DNA of 21,486 nucleotides from Candidatus Methylomirabilota bacterium (GTDB lineage Bacteria; Methylomirabilota; Methylomirabilia; Rokubacteriales; CSP1-6): NCBI GenBank assembly GCA_046726415.1, contig JBKPAK010000197.1, positions 1 to 21,486 of the forward strand, read 5' to 3'. Shown piece by piece: positions 16,715 to 21,486 of this stretch (position 1 is its first letter; each line of letters starts with the position of its first letter). The notes under the pieces were generated by a model. It saw only the letters and a program-made list of their open reading frames with translations, ran no database searches and was not told where the DNA came from. The position numbers and the translations under genes were made by a program.

Positions 16715-17602
16715 ATGCGGATCGATGGCGCCGTGGCGCTCGTCACTGGCGCCGAGCGGGGGCTGGGGCGCGCTCTGGCCTTGACCTTGGCGCGGCGCGG
16801 AGCCCGAGTCGTCGTCTCCGGCCTTGGGCGAGAGCCGCTCGAGGCGCTGCGGGGGGCCGTCGAAGCGGCGGGTGGTCAGGCCCTCGCCGTTTCCTGCGAC
16901 GTGCGTGAACCGGCCGAGATTGCCGCCCTCGTCGACGCCGCCGAGGCAGCCTTCGGCGGCGTCGATCTGCTCATCAACAACGCGGGTATCACCGCCGGCG
17001 GCGACATCCGCCTCGTCTCCGACGACGAATGGGACCGCGTCCTGGACGTCAACCTCCGTGGGGCCGTCCGCACGGTCAGCGCATTGCTGCCCGGCATGCT
17101 GGCCCGGGGGCGGGGCGGCATCCTCAACGTCGCCTCGGCGGCGGGCTTGGCCGCGCCCGCTCTGTGGATTCCGTATGCCGCTTCCAAGTTTGCCCTCATC
17201 GGCTTCTCCGAGGGGCTGCGCGCGGCCCTTCGTCCGCGCGGCATCGTGGTGTCCGTGGCGTGCCCGATGTGGATCGAGACCGAGATGCTGACGAGCACGG
17301 AGCCGCGATTGGCTGAGCCAGCTCCGGGGGCGGCCCCCGCGCGCCGCATCTCGCCAGGCTGGAGCTGGGTGAACTCGCGCGTCCGCGGACGCCCGATGGC
17401 TCCCGAGGCGGTCGCCCGGCGAATCATCAGAGGAGTCGAACGTGAACAGTTCATGATCTACACGCACCGCGGAACCCGGCTCTTGGTGGCGGCGCGGGCG
17501 CTGGCGCCCAACCTGTTTGCCCGCCTGTGGCAACGAGCGAACGAAATCGACGAGCATCGCCATCGCCGGGAGCGGCCAGATGGCGGTCCCGTCTCTGGGT
17601 GA
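16715..17602 (+). CDS. Short-chain dehydrogenase/reductase (classical SDR)
   Basis: VTGAERGLG (TGxxxGxG), LINNAG, NVASAAG and YAASKFA (YxxxK). Confidence 0.95.
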   Translation: MRIDGAVALVTGAERGLGRALALTLARRGARVVVSGLGREPLEALRGAVEAAGGQALAVSCDVREPAEIAALVDAAEAAFGGVDLLINNAGITAGGDIRLVSDDEWDRVLDVNLRGAVRTVSALLPGMLARGRGGILNVASAAGLAAPALWIPYAASKFALIGFSEGLRAALRPRGIVVSVACPMWIETEMLTSTEPRLAEPAPGAAPARRISPGWSWVNSRVRGRPMAPEAVARRIIRGVEREQFMIYTHRGTRLLVAARALAPNLFARLWQRANEIDEHRHRRERPDGGPVSG

Positions 17603-17616
17603 CCTGAGACGGGACC
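17585..17616. terminator. Strong hairpin at the junction of convergent genes
   Basis: GGTCCCGTCTC (17585-17595) and GAGACGGGACC (17606-17616) form an 11-bp perfect stem; no U-tract. Confidence 0.5.
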
Positions 17617-17628
17617 CGAGCTCCCATC

Positions 17629-18417
17629 TCAGCGCCTGGGGGTGCGAAACACGATCTGATAGAAGATTCCGCGGATGACCCATCGCACGTCGGCATTGAC
17701 GTCGGGGGGCAGCGCATCGAGGGGAGGCCGCGAGGCGAAGAGGGCATTGCGCCGGACGAGCAGTTTCCCCAGCGGGGTGTGCGCGCGCCACGGTTCGAGC
17801 CCCTCGTCCGCGATGGCGACCGTCCCGCCGGGCCGAGTCACGCGGATCATCTCGGCGACCGCGCGGTGAGTGGCGTCGCCGAACTGGTTGATCGCTCCCA
17901 CGTGGATGACGGCGGCGAAGACGCCGTCGGCGTAGGGGAGCGCTGCGGCGTCCGCCTGGTGCGCCTCGACGCGTCCGTGTCGTCGGTCGGCCCACCGGCG
18001 CGCGCGCCGCAGCATCGCCCGACACAAGTCCATGGCCACGATCGTCCCCTCGGGGCCGACGCAGGCGGCGATGGCGGGCAAGTTGCCGCCCGGGCCACTA
18101 CAATGGTCGAGCACCCAGTCACCCCGCCGGAGCCCGAGGGCGCTGATGAGGCGTCGCCGTTCCCTCGGAGGCCATACCCGGGCCAGGATGGCCAGACCGG
18201 CCATCACAAAAGCATAGCGAGCGGCCTCGACGTCGAGCTGTCGCATCCGAGCCGAGACCGCCGGGCTCCCCGCCGGCTCGACGAGGAGAGCGGGAATGCC
18301 GTCGTCGACGGGGAACAGCCGGCCGCACCGCGTGCAGCGCAGACCGGAGTGATCGTCGATCTGACCGCGGCACCCCGGACAGCGGAGATAGTCGCTAGTA
18401 CGTGACTTTCTGTCCAC
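17629..18417 (-). CDS. Class I SAM-dependent methyltransferase with an N-terminal Trm112-like Zn finger
   Basis: LRCPGC..LRCTRCGRLFPVDDGIP, VLDHCSGPG (motif I variant), ADAAALPY and EMIRVTRPGG. Confidence 0.9.
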   Translation of the reverse strand: MDRKSRTSDYLRCPGCRGQIDDHSGLRCTRCGRLFPVDDGIPALLVEPAGSPAVSARMRQLDVEAARYAFVMAGLAILARVWPPRERRRLISALGLRRGDWVLDHCSGPGGNLPAIAACVGPEGTIVAMDLCRAMLRRARRWADRRHGRVEAHQADAAALPYADGVFAAVIHVGAINQFGDATHRAVAEMIRVTRPGGTVAIADEGLEPWRAHTPLGKLLVRRNALFASRPPLDALPPDVNADVRWVIRGIFYQIVFRTPRR

Positions 18418-19414
18418 CGGGACCGATGATTGTGACCGACCTCATCCACAGGAGCTTCTCCCACCAGATCCGATGGGTGGCATACCAGTCGATCGTCTGG
18501 TCGAGTCCCTTGGCGAACGGCACCCGCGCGCGCCAGTCCAGCAGCTGCCGAGCGCGCCCGGTACTGGCGACGTGGCGCTGGACCTGCCCCGGTCGATCCT
18601 CCGAATAGGCGATGAGCGACCGCGGCTTCCCGAGCTGGTCGACCACCATCTCGGCCACTTGCCTGATGGGGATGTCGACCCCCGTCCCAAAATTGATGAC
18701 CTGCCCCCGCACGGCGTTGAGAGGGGCATCGATCACGCGGTCGAGGCCTTCGCACAGATCTGCCACGTATCCCCAATCGCGGGCGGTAGATCCATCGCCG
18801 TGGATCGTCAACTCGGTGTCGGTGAGGGCGGCCGTGATGAAGCGCGGGATGGCCTTCTCGAGGTGCTGGTAGGGGCCATAGGTGTTGAACGGGCGCACGA
18901 TGACGCAGGGCAGCCCGTACGTCGCGTGGTACGCATGCACAAGGCGGTCAGCTCCCGCCTTGGCGCCGGCGTACGGGGTGGTCGGGTTCAGCGGGTGCTC
19001 CTCCGTCATGGGGACATGCACGGCCGTCCCGTAGACCTCGGAGGTGGAGACGTGGATGAAGCGTTCGACCGGATGCTTGAGGGCGGCGTTGAGCATGACC
19101 TGGGTCCCTAGCACGTCAGTCTCGACGAAGGTGACGTTGTCGTGGAGGGAGCGGGGCACGTGCGTCTCCGCGGCGAGATGAAGGATCGCATCGGCGTGGG
19201 CCACCAGCTCCTCGACGAGGGCGCTGTTGCGGATGTTGCCGTGCACGAACTGGAACCGCGGTTCTTCCCGAAAGCGCTCGGGAAGATTTTCGAGATTGCC
19301 CGCATACGTGAGGGCGTCCAGCACGCACAATCGCCAGGTCGGACGTCGCTCCATCAGGTGGCGCACGAGATTGCTTCCAATGAACCCGGCCCCACCGGTG
19401 ACGAGGATCCTCAT
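18395..19414 (-). CDS. rfbB: dTDP-glucose 4,6-dehydratase-like extended SDR
   Basis: MRILVTGGAGFIGSN, DALTYAGNLENL, HLAAETHV, HVSTSEVYG and PYAGAK. The ATG overlaps the upstream stop (ATGA). TSE replaces the canonical TDE. Confidence 0.85.
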   Translation of the reverse strand: MRILVTGGAGFIGSNLVRHLMERRPTWRLCVLDALTYAGNLENLPERFREEPRFQFVHGNIRNSALVEELVAHADAILHLAAETHVPRSLHDNVTFVETDVLGTQVMLNAALKHPVERFIHVSTSEVYGTAVHVPMTEEHPLNPTTPYAGAKAGADRLVHAYHATYGLPCVIVRPFNTYGPYQHLEKAIPRFITAALTDTELTIHGDGSTARDWGYVADLCEGLDRVIDAPLNAVRGQVINFGTGVDIPIRQVAEMVVDQLGKPRSLIAYSEDRPGQVQRHVASTGRARQLLDWRARVPFAKGLDQTIDWYATHRIWWEKLLWMRSVTIIGPGGQKVTY

Positions 19415-20379
19415 GGCCGCCCGCGGTGAAGGGTGTACTTGTGGCGCGCCAGGTGAAACCCCATCCGCTGAAAGACCCGTTGCGGCAGGATGTTCTGGAC
19501 GGGCGTGTCGAACTCGGCAAAGTCGTAGGTGACGATCCGATCGACGGCGATGGCCCTCGCCAGCAACGCGGGATACAGCCCGGTCCCTTCGGGGAGGACA
19601 GCGCTGATGCCGTGGCCGGCAATCCGGACGTCGAGACTCCGGAGCGGGCGCGACTCCATCCCATACCCGAGAAACCCGACAATATGTCCGTGACGCTCTC
19701 CGACGAGCACGCGGTTGGCCATCGCGCCCGCGCAGGCATTTCGCGCCCACTCGACGTAGAAGCGGCGGACGGCTTCACGGGGGACCCAAGGATCGAGCGC
19801 GAACCGACCCCCATACTCTCCCAGCATGCGCTCCGCGATGGCGAGAACGACATCGAGGTCAGAGGGTTCGTAGTCGCGGATCGCACCGAGCCGCTTCATC
19901 GGCGGCACGGGATCCCGATGACAGTCGTAGAAGTACGTCACGAGGCAATCGACGAGGTGAAAGCCTCGCTTCTCCAAGATGTGGAGAACGTCCAGTTCCG
20001 CCGTGTCAATCGTGGCCGAGAGGTGCTCGAGCCCCCCCTCCTTCCCGCGCTCGAGCAACCAGTCGACCAGCGTCTCCATGGCCCCAGGCCGGCGATCACG
20101 TGGATCGCTCACCAAGGGGCCAAGCCGCCCCATGGCGAGGCCGAAGTGCCGACTGTCCCACGCCAGGCACTCGAGGAGACCGGCTGCCACCATCGCGTCC
20201 CCGATCCAGACCCCTCCCGCCGCCACGCGTTCGTTGCCCTCGGCAAACTTCTCGAGGAGAAGTCTGGGCCCGGCGTCGGGCGGCATGCGCGGGTAGGCGC
20301 GGTAGTCGTGAGTCAGCTGCCGTGACAACAGGGAGTTGAGCGCAGTCTTGTCCTCGGCCTGGAGCGGCCGGACCGTCAT
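19411..20379 (-). CDS. GNAT acetyltransferase, WecD (TDP-fucosamine acetyltransferase)-like
   Basis: LAWDSRHFG, RFALDP..RRFYVEW and T..QNI..QRVFQRMGF. ATG 20379 follows the GT2 stop by 4 nt. Confidence 0.75.
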   Translation of the reverse strand: MTVRPLQAEDKTALNSLLSRQLTHDYRAYPRMPPDAGPRLLLEKFAEGNERVAAGGVWIGDAMVAAGLLECLAWDSRHFGLAMGRLGPLVSDPRDRRPGAMETLVDWLLERGKEGGLEHLSATIDTAELDVLHILEKRGFHLVDCLVTYFYDCHRDPVPPMKRLGAIRDYEPSDLDVVLAIAERMLGEYGGRFALDPWVPREAVRRFYVEWARNACAGAMANRVLVGERHGHIVGFLGYGMESRPLRSLDVRIAGHGISAVLPEGTGLYPALLARAIAVDRIVTYDFAEFDTPVQNILPQRVFQRMGFHLARHKYTLHRGRP

Positions 20380-20383
20380 CCCG

Positions 20384-21307
20384 CTAGCCCAGGACATCGC
20401 GCACGGCGTAGAGGGGACGGTCTTGCACGAGCCGGTAGATGCGGGTCGTGAGCTCGCCGAGCAATCCGAGGATGAGACACTGGATGCCGAACGCACCCAC
20501 CAGCAGCACGGCCACCTGGAACTGCGCCTTGAGGAGGGCTGACATGTCGAAGGTGAGGCGAAGACCCACGTAGACCACGGCTCCGAGGAGGCTGACCGCG
20601 ACACAAGCGGCGCCGATGAGTCCCACCATCTGAAACGCCCGTGGACAAAACGCGGTGATGAAGTCGACGAATCCTGCGAGCAGATCGAGGAACGAGTACT
20701 TCGAGCGCCCCATCCGGCGCGGGCGGTGAGTCACTGGGATTTCGGTCACGCGGCGGCCACTTCGCAGCACGACGGCTCCCAGGAATCGCCGCATTTCTCC
20801 CGAAACCTGGACCTCTCGGGCCAGCTCTGCCCGCACCACCTTGAAAGGGCTGGCGGCGTCACGGAGTCGACGCCCGGTGGCGGCGCTCATGGCCAGGGCG
20901 ACCATCATGGACGGCAGGCGGCGGCGCAGGAAGCCGTCTTCGCGGCGGTCGCGACAGCCGCTCACGACGTCGTAGCCCTCCTGCGCGGTCGCCACGAGCC
21001 GGGAGATGTCATGGGGATCGAACTGCAGGTCGGCGTCGAAGCTGACCAGGAACTGTCCCTTGGCGTGGTCCAGGCCGGCGACAAGCGCGGCGTGCTGGCC
21101 GTAGTTGCGCGCCAGTCGGACGACCCTCACGCGAGGGTCGCTCTGGTGCAGCTGTCCCAGAGCCTCGAAGCTGCCGTCCGTGCTGCCGTCGTCGACGAAG
21201 ATCAGTTCGTACGACAGCGTCCCAAGAGCCGCGGTCAGCTGGCGGTGGAGCTCTTGGAGGTTCTCGACTTCATTGAGGACGGGGATGATGACAGAGACGT
21301 CGCTCAA
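20384..21307 (-). CDS. GT2 polyprenol-phosphate glycosyltransferase (ArnC/GtrB-like)
   Basis: SVIIPVLNE, FVDDGSTDGS, RNYGQHAA, DADLQ, HRPRRMGRSKY, two C-terminal TM helices and RPLY. TTG start overlaps the upstream TGA. Confidence 0.95.
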   Translation of the reverse strand: MSDVSVIIPVLNEVENLQELHRQLTAALGTLSYELIFVDDGSTDGSFEALGQLHQSDPRVRVVRLARNYGQHAALVAGLDHAKGQFLVSFDADLQFDPHDISRLVATAQEGYDVVSGCRDRREDGFLRRRLPSMMVALAMSAATGRRLRDAASPFKVVRAELAREVQVSGEMRRFLGAVVLRSGRRVTEIPVTHRPRRMGRSKYSFLDLLAGFVDFITAFCPRAFQMVGLIGAACVAVSLLGAVVYVGLRLTFDMSALLKAQFQVAVLLVGAFGIQCLILGLLGELTTRIYRLVQDRPLYAVRDVLG

Positions 21308-21486
21308 TTCTTCAGCCGCGGGAGAGCCGCCTCCAGGGCCTGCCTGACTTGCGGATTCGTCTCGGTCTTGTGGGCCGCCTGCAGGCGCTCGCGCGCCGCG
21401 TCCCCCCCGATCGTGGCCAGCGCCTGCACCGCGCTCACCCGGACGGTGATCGCCTTGTCGGTCAGCCGGGCCGCCACCACGTCAAC
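21304..21486 (-). CDS. C-terminus of a HEAT-repeat-containing protein (partial, not in the ORF track)
   Basis: Manual translation gives VDVVAARLTDKAITVRVSAVQALATIGGDAARERLQAAHKTETNPQVRQALEAALPRLKN*, a HEAT/PBS-lyase pattern. Its stop overlaps the GT2 start (TTGA). Confidence 0.8.
   Translation of the reverse strand, partial: VDVVAARLTDKAITVRVSAVQALATIGGDAARERLQAAHKTETNPQVRQALEAALPRLKN

Overview
GC-rich bacterial window in two parts. Left (1-~5700): the end of a putative integrative element inserted at the 3' end of a tRNA-Arg(TCG) gene. It has a tyrosine integrase, an excisionase-like HTH gene, and divergently transcribed cargo: a decayed gene and its intact paralog, a small holin-like membrane protein, a short helical ORF, an alpha/beta-hydrolase, and a clostripain (C11) peptidase with no visible signal peptide. 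Several genes here carry +1 frameshifts. The other attachment site was not found in the window, so the element's extent is unknown. Right (~5800-21486): a Tat-exported protein of unknown function, then a surface-glycosylation locus with a radical SAM/SPASM enzyme, three large GT-C-type membrane proteins, a DegT aminotransferase, an SDR, a Zn-finger methyltransferase, an RfbB-like dehydratase, a WecD-like GNAT, a polyprenol-phosphate GT2 and the end of a HEAT-repeat gene. The best novelty candidate is the clostripain + hydrolase + holin-like cargo cluster, a possible protease-triggered conflict/lysis module (inference). All calls come from manual reading and motif recognition; no searches were run.
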